This document shows, in pieces, positions 30,001 through 43,767 of a stretch of DNA of 64,000 nucleotides. The translations under genes and the position numbers were made by a program. The first letter of the stretch is position 1. The number at the start of each line of letters is the position of its first letter. Source of the stretch: Eledone cirrhosa (Eukaryota); NCBI GenBank assembly GCA_964016885.1, contig OZ024741.1, positions 403,992,001 through 404,056,000 of the forward strand, written 5' to 3'. The notes under the pieces were generated by a model, which worked only from the letters and a program-made list of their open reading frames with translations, did no database searches and was not told the DNA's origin.

Positions 30001-33000
30001 TGTTGTTGTTACTGTTGTTGTTACTGTTGTTGTTACTGTTGTTGTTACTATTGTTGTTACTGTTGTTGTTACTGTTGTTGTTGCTGTTGTTGTGACTGAT
30101 GTTGTGACTGTTGTTGTTACTGTTGTTGTTACTGCTGTTACTGTTGTTGTTACTGTTGTTGTTGCTGTTGTTGTTACTGTTGTTGCCGTTGTTGTTACTG
30201 TTGTTGTTACTGTTGTTGTTACTGTTGTTGTTACTGTTGTTGCTGTTGTTGTTGCTGTTGCTGTTACTGTTGTTGTTACTGTAGTTGTTACTGTTGTTAC
30301 TGTTGTTGTTACAGTTGTTGTTACTGTTGTTGTTAATGTTGTTGTTACTGTTGTTGTTACTGTTATTGTGACTGTTGTTGTTACTGTTGTTGTTACTGTT
30401 GTTGTTACTGTTGTTGTTACTGTTGTTGTTGCTCTTGTTGTTACTGTTGTTACTGTTGTTGTTACTGTTGTTGTTACTGTTGTTGTTACTGTTGTTGTTA
30501 CTGTTGTTACTGTTGTTGTTACTGTTGTTACTGTTGTTGTTACTGTTCTTGTTACTGTTGTTACTGTTGTTGTTGCTGTTGCTGTTACTGTTGTTACTGT
30601 TGTTACCGTTGTTACTGTTGTTGTTACTGTTGTTGTTACTGTTGTTGTTACTGTTGTTACTGTCGTTGTTGCTGTTGTTGTTACTGTTGTTACTGTTGTT
30701 ACTGTTGTTGTTACTGTTGTTGTTGCTGTTGTTTTTACTGTTGTAACTGTTGTTGTTACTGTTGTTGTTACTGTTATTGTTGCTGTTGTTGTTACTTTTG
30801 ATACTGTTGTTGTTACTGTTGTTACTGTTGTTGTTACTGTTGTTGTTACTGTTGTTGCTGTTGTTGTTACTGTTGTTGTTACTGTTGTTGTTACTGTTGT
30901 TACTGTTGTTGTTACTGTTGTTGTTACTGTTGTTGCTGTTGTTGTTACAGTTGTTGTTACTGTTGTTGTTACTGTTGTTACTGTTGTTGTTACTGTTGTT
31001 ACTGTTGTTGTTACTGTTGTTGCTTTTGTTGTTACTGTAGTTGTTACTGTTTTTGTTACTGTTGTTGTTACTGTTGTTGCTGTTGTTGTTACTGTTGTTG
31101 TTACTGTTGTTGCTGTTGTTGTTACTGTTGTTACAGTTGTTGTTACTGTTGTTGTTACTGTTGTTGTTACTGTTGTTGTTACTGTTGTTGTTACTGTTGT
31201 TACTGTTGTTGTTACTGTTGTTACTGTTGTTGTTACTGATGTTGTTACTGTTGTTGTTACTGTTGTTGTTACTGTTGTTACTGTTGTTGTTACTGTTGTT
31301 GTTACTGTTGTTGTTACTGTTGTTGTTACTGTTGTTACTGTTGTTGTTACTGTTGTTGTTACTGTTGTTACTGTTGTTGTTACTGTTGTTGTTACTGTTG
31401 TCGTTACTGTTGTTGTTACTGTTGTTGTTACTGTTGTTACTGTTGTTGTTACTGTTGTTGTTACTGTTGTTGTTGCTGTTGTTGTTACTGTTGTTACTGT
31501 TGTTGTTACTGTTGTTGTTACTGTTGTTGTTACTGTTGTTGTTACTGTTGTTGCTGTTGTTGTTACTGTTGTTGCTGTTGTTGTTACTGTTGTTGTTACT
31601 GTTGTTGTTACTGTTGTCGTTACTGTTGTTGTTACTGTTGTTGTTACTGTTGTTACTGTTGTTGTTACTGTTGTTGTTACTGTAGTTGTTACTGTTGTTG
31701 TTACTGTTGTTGTTACTGTTGTTGTTACTGTTGTTGTTGCTGTTGTTGTTACTGTTGTTGTTACTGTTGTTGTTGCTGTTGTTGTTACTGTTGTTGTTAC
31801 TGTTGTTGTTACTGTAGTTGTTACTGTTGTTGTTACTGTTGTTGTTACTGTTGTTGTTACTGTAGTTGTTACTGTTTTTGTTACTGTTGTTGTTACTGTA
31901 GTTGTTACTGTTGTTGTTACTGTTGTTGTTACTGTTGTTGTTACTGTTGTTGTTACTGTTGTTGTTACTGTTGTTGCTGTTGTTGTTACTGTTGTTGTTA
32001 CTGTTGTTGTTACTGTTGTTGCTGTTGTTGTTACTGTTGTTGTTACTGTTGTTGTTACTGTAGTTGTTACTGTTGTTGTTACTGTTGTTGTTACTGTAGT
32101 TGTTACTGTTGTTGTTACTGTTGTTGTTACTGTTGTTGTTACTGTAGTTGTTACTGTTGTTGTTACTGTTGTTGTTACTGTTGTTGCTGTTGTTGTTACT
32201 GTTGTTGCTGTTGTTGTTACTCTTGTTGTTACTGTAGTTGTTACTGATGTTGTCACTGTTGTTGTTGCTGTTGTTGTTACTGTTGTTACTGTTGTTACAG
32301 TTGTTACTGTTGTTGTTACTGTTGTTGTTACTGTTGTTACTGTTGTTGTTGCTGTTGTTGTTACTGTTGTTACTGTTGTTACTGTTGTTACTGTTGTTGT
32401 TACTGTTGTTGTTACTGTTGTTGTTACTGTTGTTACTGTTGTTGTTGCTGTTGTTGTTACTGTTGTTACTGTTGTTACTGTTGTTACTGTTGTTGTTACT
32501 ATTGTTGTTACTGTAGTTGTTACTGTTGTTGTTACTGTTGTTGTTACTGTAGTTGTTACTGTTGTTGTTACTGTTGTTGTTACTGTTGTTGTTACTGTAG
32601 TTGTTACTGTTGTTGTTACTGTTGTTGTTACTGTTGTTGCTGTTGTTGTTACTGTTGTTGTTACTGTTGTCGTTACTGTTGTTGTTACTGTTGTTGTTAC
32701 TGTTGTTACTGTTGTTGTTACTGTTGTTACTGTTGTTGTTACTGTTGTTGTTACTGTTGTTACTGTTGTTGTTGCTGTTGTTGTTACTGTTGTTACTGTT
32801 GTTACCGTTGTTACTGTTGTTGTTACTGTTGTTGTTACTGTTGTTGTTACTGTTGTTACTGTTGTTGTTGCTGTTGTTGTTACTGTTGTTACTGTTGTTA
32901 CTATTGTTGTTACTGTTGTTGTTGCTGTTGTTTTTACTGTTGTTACTGTTGTTGTTACTGTTGTTGTTACTGTTATTGTTGCTGTTGTTGTTACTTTTGT

Positions 33001-36000
33001 TACTGTTGTTGAAACTGTTGTTACTGTTGTTGTTACTGTTGTTGTTACTGTTGTTGCTGTTGTTGTTACTGTTGTTGTTACTGTTGTTGTTACTGTTGTT
33101 ACTATTGTTGTTACTGTTGTTGTTACTGTTGTTGCTGTTGTTGTTACAGTTGTTGTTACTGTTGTTGTTACTGTTGTTACTGTTGTTGTTACTGTTGTTA
33201 CTGTTGTTGTTACTGTTGTTGCTGTTGTTGTTACTGTAGTTGTTACTGTTTTTGTTACTGTTGTTGTTACTGTTGTTGCTGTTGTTGTTACTGTTGTTGT
33301 TACTGTTGTTGTTACTGTAGTTGTTACTGTTGTTGTTACTGTTGTTACTGTTGTTGTTACTGTTGTTACTGTTGTTGTTACTGTTGTTGCTGTTGTTGTT
33401 ACTGTAGTTGTTACTGTTTTTGTTACTGTTGTTGTTACTGTTGTTGCTGTTGTTGTTACTGTTGTTGTTACTGTTGTTGTTACTGTTGTTGTTACTGTTG
33501 TTACAGTTGTTGTTACTGTTGTTGTTACTGTTGTTGTTACTGTTGTTGTTACTGTTGTTGTTACTGTTGTTACTGTTGTTGTTACTGTTGTTACTGTTGT
33601 TGTTACTGATGTTGTTACTGTTGTTGTTACTGTTGTTGTTACTGTTGTTACTGTTGTTGTTACTGTTGTTGTTACTGTTGTTGTTACTGTTGTTGTTACT
33701 GTTGTTACTGTTGTTGTTACTGTTGTTGTTACTGTTGTTACTGTTGTTGTTACTGTTGTTGTTACTGTTGTCGTTACTGTTGTTGTTACTGTTGTTGTTA
33801 CTGTTGTTACTGTTGTTGTTACTGTTGTTGTTACTGTTGTTGTTGCTGTTGTTGTTACTGTTGTTACTGTTGTTGTTACTGTTGTTGTTACTGTTGTTGT
33901 TACTGTTGTTGTTACTGTTGTTGCTGTTGTTGTTACTGTTGTTGCTGTTGTTGTTACTGTTGTTGTTACTGTTGTTGTTACTGTTGTCGTTACTGTTGTT
34001 GTTACTGTTGTTGTTACTGTTGTTACTGTTGTTGTTACTGTTGTTGTTACTGTAGTTGTTACTGTTGTTGTTACTGTTGTTGTTACTGTTGTTGTTACTG
34101 TTGTTGTTGCTGTTGTTGTTACTGTTGTTGTTGCTGTTGTTGTTACTGTTGTTGTTACTGTTGTTGTTACTGTAGTTGTTACTGTTGTTGTTACTGTTGT
34201 TGTTACTGTAGTTGTTACTGTTGTTGTTACTGTTGTTGTTACTGTTGTTGTTACTGTAGTTGTTACTGTTGTTGTTACTGTTGTTGTTACTGTTGTTGCT
34301 GTTGTTGTTACTGTTGTTGCTGTTGTTGTTACTCTTGTTGTTACTGTAGTTGTTACTGATGTTGTCACTGTTGTTGTTGCTGTTGTTGTTACTGTTGTTA
34401 CTGTTGTTACAGTTGTTACTGTTGTTGTTACTGTTGTTGTTACTGTTGTTACTGTTGTTGTTGCTGTTGTTGTTACTGTTGTTACTGTTGTTACTGTTGT
34501 TACTGTTGTTGTTACTGTTGTTGTTACTGTTGTTGTTACTGTTGTTACTGTTGTTGTTGCTGTTGTTGTTACTGTTGTTACTGTTGTTACTGTTGTTACT
34601 GTTGTTGTTACTATTGTTGTTACTGTAGTTGTTACTGTTGTTGTTACTGTTGTTGTTACTGTAGTTGTTACTGTTGTTGTTACTGTTGTTGTTACTGTTG
34701 TTGTTACTGTAGTTGTTACTGTTGTTGTTACTGTTGTTGTTACTGTTGTTGCTGTTGTTGTTACTGTTGTTGTTACTGTTGTCGTTACTGTTGTTGTTAC
34801 TGTTGTTGTTACTGTTGTTACTGTTGTTGTTACTGTTGTTACTGTTGTTGTTACTGTTGTTGTTACTGTTGTTACTGTTGTTGTTGCTGTTGTTGTTACT
34901 GTTATTGTTGCTGTTGTTGTTACTTTTGTTACTGTTGTTGAAACTGTTGTTACTGTTGTTGTTACTGTTGTTGTTACTGTTGTTGCTGTTGTTGTTACTG
35001 TTGTTGTTACTGTTGTTGTTACTGTTGTTGTTACTGTTGTTACTGTTGTTGTTGCTGTTGTTGTTACTGTTGTTACTGTTGTTACTATTGTTGTTACTGT
35101 TGTTGTTGCTGTTGTTTTTACTGTTGTTACTGTTGTTGTTACTGTTGTTGTTACTGTTATTGTTGCTGTTGTTGTTACTTTTGTTACTGTTGTTGAAACT
35201 GTTGTTACTGTTGTTGTTACTGTTGTTGTTACTGTTGTTGCTGTTGTTGTTACTGTTGTTGTTACTGTTGTTGTTACTGTTGTTACTATTGTTGTTACTG
35301 TTGTTGTTACTGTTGTTGCTGTTGTTGTTACAGTTGTTGTTACTGTTGTTGTTACTGTTGTTACTGTTGTTGTTACTGTTGTTACTGTTGTTGTTACTGT
35401 TGTTGCTGTTGTTGTTACTGTAGTTGTTACTGTTTTTGTTACTGTTGTTGTTACTGTTGTTGCTGTTGTTGTTACTGTTGTTGTTACTGTTGTTGTTACT
35501 GTAGTTGTTACTGTTGTTGTTACTGTTGTTGTTACTGTTGTTGTTACTGTTGTTGTTACTGTTGTTGTTACTGTTGTTACTGTTGTTGTTACTGTTGTTG
35601 TTACTGTTGTTACTGTTGTTACTGTTGTTGTTACTGTTGTTGTTACTGTTGTCGTTACTGTTGTTACTGTTGTTGTTACTGTTGTTGTTACTGTTGTTGT
35701 GACTGCTGTTGTGACTGTTGTTGTTACTGTTGTGGTTACTGTTGTTTTTACTGTTGTTGTTACTGTTGTTACTGTTGTTGTTACTGTTGTTGTTGCTGTT
35801 GTTGTTACTGTTGTTACTGTTGTTGTTACTGTTGTTGTTACTGTTGTTGTTACTGTTGTTGTTACTGTTGTCGTTACTGTTGTTGTTACTGTTGTTACTG
35901 TTGTTGTTACTGATGTTGTTACTGTTGTTGTTACTGTTGTTGTTACTGTTGTTACTGTTGTTGTTACTGTTGTTGTTACTGTTGTTGTTACTGTTGTTGT

Positions 36001-39000
36001 GACTGCTGTTGTGACTGTTGTTGTTACTGTTGTTGTTACTGTTATTGTTACTGTTGTTGGTACTGTTGTTGTTACTGTTGTTGTTACTGTTGTTGTTACT
36101 GTTGTTGTTACTGTTGTTGTTACTGTTGTTGTTACTGTTGTTGTTGCTGTTGTTGTGACTGATGTTGTGACTGTTGTTGTTACTGTTGTTGTTACTGCTG
36201 TTACTGTTGTTGTTACTGTTGTTGTTACTGTTGTTGTTACTGTTGTTGTTACTGTTGTTGTTACTGTTGTTACTGTTGTTGTTACTGATGTTGTTACTGT
36301 TGTTGTTACTGTTGTTGTTACTGTTGTTACTGTTGTTGTTACTGTTGTTGTTACTGTTGTTGTTACTGTTGTTGTTACTGTTGTTACTGTTGTTGTTACT
36401 GTTGTTGTTACTGTTGTTACTGTTGTTGTTACTGTTGTTGTTACTGTTGTCGTTACTGTTGTTGTTACTGTTGTTGTTTCTGTTGTTACTGTTGTTGTTA
36501 CTGTTGTTGTTGCTGTTGTTGTTACTGTTGTTACTGTTGTTGTTACTGTTGTTGTTACTGTTGTTGTTACTGTTGTTGTTACTGTTGTTGTTACTGTTGT
36601 TACTGTTGTTGTTACTGATGTTGTTACTGTTGTTGTTACTGTTGTTGTTACTGTTGTTACTGTTGTTGTTACTGTTGTTGTTACTGTTGTTGTTACTGTT
36701 GTTGTGACTGCTGTTGTGACTGTTGTTGTTACTGTTGTTGTTACTGTTGTTGTTACTGTTGTTGGTACTGTTGTTGTTACTGTTGTTGTTACTGTTGTTG
36801 TTACTGTTGTTGTTACTGTTGTTGTTACTATTGTTGTTACTGTTGTTGTTACTGTTGTTGTTGCTGTTGTTGTGACTGATGTTGTGACTGTTGTTGTTAC
36901 TGTTGTTGTTACTGCTGTTACTGTTGTTGTTACTGTTGTTGTTGCTGTTGTTGTTACTGTTGTTGCCGTTGTTGTTACTGTTGTTGTTACTGTTGTTGTT
37001 ACTGTTGTTGTTACTGTTGTTGCTGTTGTTGTTGCTGTTGCTGTTACTGTTGTTGTTACTGTAGTTGTTACTGTTGTTACTGTTGTTGTTACAGTTGTTG
37101 TTACTGTTGTTGTTAATGTTGTTGTTACTGTTGTTGTTACTGTTATTGTGACTGTTGTTGTTACTGTTGTTGTTACTGTTGTTGTTACTGTTGTTGTTAC
37201 TGTTGTTGTTGCTCTTGTTGTTACTGTTGTTGTTACTGTTGTTGTTACTGTTGTTGTTGCTCTTGTTGTTACTGTTGTTACTGTTGTTGTTACTGTTGTT
37301 GTTACTGTTGTTGTTACTGTTGTTGTTACTGTTGTTACTGTTGTTGTTACTGTTGTTACTGTTGTTGTTACTGTTCTTGTTACTGTTGTTACTGTTGTTG
37401 TTGCTGTTGTTGTTACTGTTGTTACTGTTGTTACCGTTGTTACTGTTGTTGTTACTGTTGTTGTTACTGTTGTTGTTACTGTTGTTACTGTCGTTGTTGC
37501 TGTTGTTGTTACTGTTGTTACTGTTGTTACTGTTGTTGTTACTGTTGTTGTTGCTGTTGTTTTTACTGTTGTAACTGTTGTTGTTACTGTTGTTGTTACT
37601 GTTATTGTTGCTGTTGTTGTTACTTTTGATACTGTTGTTGTTACTGTTGTTACTGTTGTTGTTACTGTTGTTGTTACTGTTGTTGCTGTTGTTGTTACTG
37701 TTGTTGTTACTGTTGTTGTTACTGTTGTTACTGTTGTTGTTACTGTTGTTGTTACTGTTGTTGCTGTTGTTGTTACAGTTGTTGTTACTGTTGTTGTTAC
37801 TGTTGTTACTGTTGTTGTTACTGTTGTTACTGTTGTTGTTACTGTTGTTGCTGTTGTTGTTACTGTAGTTGTTACTGTTTTTGTTACTGTTGTTGTTACT
37901 GTTGTTGCTGTTGTTGTTACTGTTGTTGTTACTGTTGTTGTTACTGTAGTTGTTACTGTTGTTGTTACTGTTGTTGTTACTGTTGTTGTTACTGTTGTTG
38001 TTACTGTTGTTACTGTTGTTGTTACTGTTGTTGTTACTGTTGTTACTGTTGTTGTTACTGTTGTTGTTACTGTTGTCGTTACTGTTGATGTTACTGTTGT
38101 TGTTACTGTTGTTGTTACTGTTGTTGTTACTGTTGTTGTGACTACTGTTGTGACTGTTGTTGTTACTGTTGTGGTTACTGTTGTTTTTACTGTTGTTGTT
38201 ACTGTTGTTACTGTTGTTGTTACTGTTGTTGTTGCTGTTGTTGTTACTGTTGTTACTGTTGTTGTTACTGTTGTTGTTACTGTTGTTGTTACCGTTGTTG
38301 TTACTGTTGTTGTTACTGTTGTTGTTACTATTGTTGTTACTGTTGTTGTTACTGTTGTTGTTGCTGTTGTTGTGACTGATGTTGTGACTGTTGTTGTTAC
38401 TGTTGTTGTTACTGCTGTTACTGTTGTTGTTACTGTTGTTGTTGCAGTTGTTGTTACTGTTGTTGCTGTTGTTGTTGCTGTTGTTGTTACTGTTGTTGTT
38501 ACTGTTGTTGTTACTGTTGTTGCTGTTGTTGTTGCTGTTGTTGTTACTGTTGTTGTTACTGTAGTTGTTACTGTTGTTACTGTTGTTGTTACAGTTGTTG
38601 TTACTGTTGTTGTTAATGTTGTTGTTACTGTTGTTGTTACTGTTATTGTGACTGTTGTTGTTACTGTTGTTGTTACTGTTGTTGTTACTGTTGTTGTTAC
38701 TGTTGTTGTTGCTCTTGTTGTTACTGTTGTTACTGTTGTTGTTACTGTTGTTGTTACTGTTGTTGTTACTGTTGTTGTTACTGTTGTTGTTACTGTTGTT
38801 ACTGTTGTTGTTACTGTTGTTGTTGCTGTTGTTGTTACTGTTGTCACTGTTGTTGTTACTGTTGTTGTTACTGTTGTTGTTACTGTTGTTGTTACTGTTG
38901 TTGTTACTGTTGTTGTTACTGTTGTTGTTACTGTTGTTGCTGTTGTTGTTACTGTTGTTGTTACTGTTGTTGTTACTGTTGTTGCTGTTGTTGTTACTGT

Positions 39001-42000
39001 TGTTGTTACTGTTGTTGTTACTGTAGTTGTTACTGTTGTTGTTACTGTTGTTGTTACTGTAGTTGTTACTGTTGTTGTTACTGTTGTTGTTACTGTTGTT
39101 GTTACTGTAGTTGTTACTGTTGTTGTTACTGTTGTTGTTACTGTTGTTGCTGTTGTTGTTACTGTTGTTGCTGTTGTTGTTACTCTTGTTGTTACTGTAG
39201 TTGTTACTGATGTTGTCACTGTTGTTGTTGCTGTTGTTGTTACTGTTGTTACTGTTGTTACTGTTGTTGTTACTGTTGTTGTTACTGTTGTTACTGTTGT
39301 TGTTGCTGTTGTTGTTACTGTTGATACTGTTGTTACTGTTGTTACTGTTGTTGTTACTGTTGTTTTTACTGTTGTTGTTACTGTTGTTACTGTTGTTGTT
39401 GCTGTTGTTGTTACTGTTGTTACTGTTGTTACTGTTGTTGTTACTATTGTTGTTACTGTAGTTGTTACTGTTGTTGTTACTGTTGTTGTTACTGTTGTTG
39501 TTACTGTTGTTGTTACTGTAGTTGTTACTGTTGTTGTTACTGTTGTTGTTACTGTTGTTGCTGTTGTTGTTACTGTTGTTGTTACTGTTGTCGTTACTGT
39601 TGTTGTTACTGTTGTTGTTACTGTTGTTACTGTTGTTGTTACTGTTGTTACTGTTGTTGTTACTGTTGTTGTTACTGTTGTTACTGTTGTTGTTGCTGTT
39701 GTTGTTACTGTTGTTACTGTTGTTACCGTTGTTACTGTTGTTGTTACTGTTGTTGTTACTGTTGTTGTTACTGTTGTTACTGTTGTTGTTGCTGTTGTTG
39801 TTACTGTTGTTACTGTTGTTACTGTTGTTGTTACTGTTGTTGTTGCTGTTGTTTTTACTGTTGTTACTGTTGTTGTTACTGTTGTTGTTACTGTTATTGT
39901 TGCTGTTGTTGTTACTTTTGTTACTGTTGTTGTTACTGTTGTTACTGTTGTTGTTACTGTTGTTGTTACTGTTGTTGCTGTTGTTGTTACTGTTGTTGTT
40001 ACTGTTGTTGTTACTGTTGTTACTATTGTTGTTACTGTTGTTGTTACTGTTGTTGCTGTTGTTGTTACAGTTGTTGTTACTGTTGTTGTTACTGTTGTTA
40101 CTGTTGTTGTTACTGTTGTTACTGTTGTTGTTACTGTTGTTGCTGTTGTTGTTACTGTAGTTGTTACTGTTTTTGTTACTGTTGTTGTTACTGTTGTTGC
40201 TGTTGTTACTGTTGTTGTTACTGTTGTTGTTACTGTAGTTGTTACTGTTGTTGTTACTGTTGTTGTTACTGTTGTTGTTACTGTTGTTGTTACTGTTGTT
40301 GTTACTGTTGTTACTGTTGTTGTTACTGTTGTTGTTACTGTTGTTACTGTTGTTACTGTTGTTGTTACTGTTGTTGTTACTGTTGTCGTTACTGTTGTTA
40401 CTGTTGTTGTTACCGTTGTTGTTACTGTTGTTGTTACTGTTGTTGTGACTGCTGTTGTGACTGTTGTTGTTACTGTTGTGGTTACTGTTGTTTTTACTGT
40501 TGTTGTTACTGTTGTTACTGTTGTTGTTACTGTTGTTGTTGCTGTTGTTGTTACTGTTGTTACTGTTGTTGTTACTGTTGTTGTTACTGTTGTTGTTACT
40601 GTTGTTGTTACTGTTGTCGTTACTGTTGTTGTTACTGTTGTTACTGTTGTTGTTACTGATGTTGTTACTGTTGTTGTTACTGTTGTTGTTACTGTTGTTA
40701 CTGTTGTTGTTACTGTTGTTGTTACTGTTGTTGTTACTGTTGTTGTGACTGCTGTTGTGACTGTTGTTGTTACTGTTGTTGTTACTGTTATTGTTACTGT
40801 TGTTGGTACTGTTGTTGTTACTGTTGTTGTTACTGTTGTTGTTACTGTTGTTGTTACTGTTGTTGTTACTGTTGTTGTTGCTGTTGTTGTGACTGATGTT
40901 GTGACTGTTGTTGTTACTGTTGTTGTTACTGCTGTTACTGTTGTTGTTACTGTTGTTGTTACTGTTGTTGTTACTGTTGTTGTTACTGTTGTTGTTACTG
41001 TTGTTACTGTTGTTGTTACTGATGTTGTTACTGTTGTTGTTACTGTTGTTGTTACTGTTGTTACTGTTGTTGTTACTGTTGTTGTTACTGTTGTTGTTAC
41101 TGTTGTTGTTACTGTTGTTACTGTTGTTGTTACTGTTGTTGTTACTGTTGTTACTGTTGTTGTTACTGTTGTTGTTACTATTGTCGTTACTGTTGTTGTT
41201 ACTGTTGTTGTTTCTGTTGTTACTGTTGTTGTTACTGTTGTTGTTGCTGTTGTTGTTACTGTTGTTACTGTTGTTGTTACTGTTGTTGTTACTGTTGTTG
41301 TTACTGTTGTTGTTACTGTTGTTACTGTTGTTGTTACTGATGTTGTTACTGTTGTTGTTACTGTTGTTGTTACTGTTGTTACTGTTGTTGTTACTGTTGT
41401 TGTTACTGTTGTTGTTACTGTTGTTGTGACTGCTGTTGTGACTGTTGTTGTTACTGTTGTTGTTACTGTTGTTGGTACTGTTGTTGTTACTGTTGTTGTT
41501 ACTGTTGTTGTTACTGTTGTTGTTACTGTTGTTGTTACTATTGTTGTTACTGTTGTTGTTACTGTTGTTGTTGCTGTTGTTGTGACTGATGTTGTGACTG
41601 TTGTTGTTACTGTTGTTGTTACTGCTGTTACTGTTGTTGTTACTGTTGTTGTTGCTGTTGTTGTTACTGTTGTTGCCGTTGTTGTTACTGTTGTTGTTAC
41701 TGTTGTTGTTACTGTTGTTGTTACTGTTGTTGCTGTTGTTGTTGCTGTTGCTGTTACTGTTGTTGTTACTGTAGTTGTTACTGTTGTTACTGTTGTTGTT
41801 ACAGTTGTTGTTACTGTTGTTTCTAATGTTGTTGTTACTGTTGTTGTTACTGTTATTGTGACTGTTGTTGTTACTGTTGTTGTTACTGTTGTTGTTACTG
41901 TTGTTGTTGCTCTTGTTGTTACTGTTGTTACTGTTGTTGTTACTGTTCTTGTTACTGTTGTTGTTACTGTTGTTGTTACTGTTGTTACTGTTGTTGTTAC

Positions 42001-43524
42001 TGTTGTTACTGTTGTTGTTACTGTTCTTGTTACTGTTGTTACTGTTGTTGTTGCTGTTGTTGTTACTGTTGTTACTGTTGTTACCGTTGTTACTGTTGTT
42101 GTTACTGTTGTTGTTACTGTTGTTGTTACTGTTGTTACTGTCGTTGTTGCTGTTGTTGTTACTGTTGTTACTGTTGTTACTGTTGTTGTTACTGTTGTTG
42201 TTGCTGTTGTTTTTACTGTTGTAACTGTTGTTGTTACTGTTGTTGTTACTGTTATTGTTGCTGTTGTTGTTACTTTTGATACTGTTGTTGTTACTGTTGT
42301 TACTGTTGTTGTTACTGTTGTTACTGTTGTTGCTGTTGTTGTTACTGTTGTTGTTACTGTTGTTGTTACTGTTGTTACTGTTGTTGTTACTGTTGTTGCT
42401 GTTGTTGTTACAGTTGTTGTTACTGTTGTTGTTACTGTTGTTACTGTTGTTGTTACTGTTGTTACTGTTGTTGTTACTGTTGTTGCTGTTGTTGTTACTG
42501 TAGTTGTTACTGTTTTTGTTACTGTTGTTGTTACTGTTGTTGCTGTTGTTGTTACTGTTGTTGTTACTGTTGTTGTTACTGTAGTTGTTACTGTTGTTGT
42601 TACTGTTGTTGTTACTGTTGTTGTTACTGTTGTTGTTACTGTTGTTACTGTTGTTGTTACTGTTGTTGTTACTGTTGTTACTGTTGTTGTTACTGTTGTT
42701 GTTACTGTTGTCGTTACTGTTGATGTTACTGTTGTTGTTACTGTTGTTGTTACTGTTGTTGTGACTACTGTTGTGACTGTTGTTGTTACTGTTGTGGTTA
42801 CTGTTGTTTTTACTGTTGTTGTTACTGTTGTTACTGTTGTTGTTACTGTTGTTGTTGCTGTTGTTGTTACTGTTGTTACTGTTGTTGTTACTGTTGTTGT
42901 TACTGTTGTTGTTACTGTTGTTGTTACTGTTGTTGTTACTATTGTTGTTACTGTTGTTGTTCCTGTTGTTGTTGCTGTTGTTGTGACTGATGTTGTGACT
43001 GTTGTTGTTACTGTTGTTGTCACTGCTGTTACTGTTGTTGTTACTGTTGTTGTTGCTGTTGTTGTTACTGTTGTTGCTGTTGTTGTTGCTGTTGTTGTTA
43101 CTGTAGTTGTTACTGTTGTTGTTACTGTTGTTGCTGTTGTTGTTGCTGTTGTTGTTACTGTTGTTGTTACTGTAGTTGTTACTGTTGTTACTGTTGTTGT
43201 TACAGTTGTTGTTACTGTTGTTGTTAATGTTGTTGTTACTGTTGTTGTTACTGTTATTGTGACTGTTGTTGTTACTGTTGTTGTTACTGTTGTTGTTACT
43301 GTTGTTGTTACTGTTGTTGTTGCTCTTGTTGTTACTGTTGTTACTGTTGTTGTTACTGTTGTTGTTACTGTTGTTGTTACTGTTGTTGTTACTGTTGTTG
43401 TTACTGTTCTTACTGTTGTTGTTACTGTTGTTGTTGCTGTTGTTGTTACTGTTGTTACTGTTGTTGTTACTGTTGTTGTTACTGTTGTTGTTACTGTTGT
43501 TGTTACTGTTGTTGTTACTGTTGT
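1..43524. repeat. Giant simple-sequence satellite of mixed 12-bp (GTTGTTGTTACT) and 9-bp (GTTGTTACT) units with higher-order duplications; runs off the window start
   Basis: Seen directly: continuous GTT triplets punctuated by ACT (variants GCT, GTA, GTC, GAT, GTG); ends abruptly at ...ACTGTTGT|AAGTCATC. Confidence 0.98.
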
Positions 43525-43767
43525 AAGTCATCTTAGATCAAATAGGCTTAAGATGAAAGCTATTCCAACCATAGCCACCACAACTTTTCTCATAAGTAAG
43601 GAATCCATGATCACATTTAGCATGTCATGTTATAAGACGAGATTGCTTGGGAGGTTTAACTGCTATATTTAGCAAGTCGACCCACCACATACAGGCAACC
43701 GCTCGTGTTGACGATGTGGTTTTATGGTGTCAGTCAACTGAGTGGCGACTAGGGTATCAATGGATCG

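Noticed and set aside
1-43524. Telomeric repeat array
   Set aside because: The unit is not a telomere repeat I recognise, it is heterogeneous with higher-order structure, and a left chromosome end would show the C/A-rich strand on +.
21790-43672. Giant ORFs (7077 aa TTTV mucin-like, 6552 aa VVVT, 6284 aa NNNS)
   Set aside because: The main codons (ACA/GTA, GTT/ACT, AAC/AGT) cannot become stops by one substitution and slippage is in triplets, so open frames are expected neutrally. Three frames on both strands are open at once, with no signal peptide or domain. Expression data would be needed to revive a mucin exon hypothesis.
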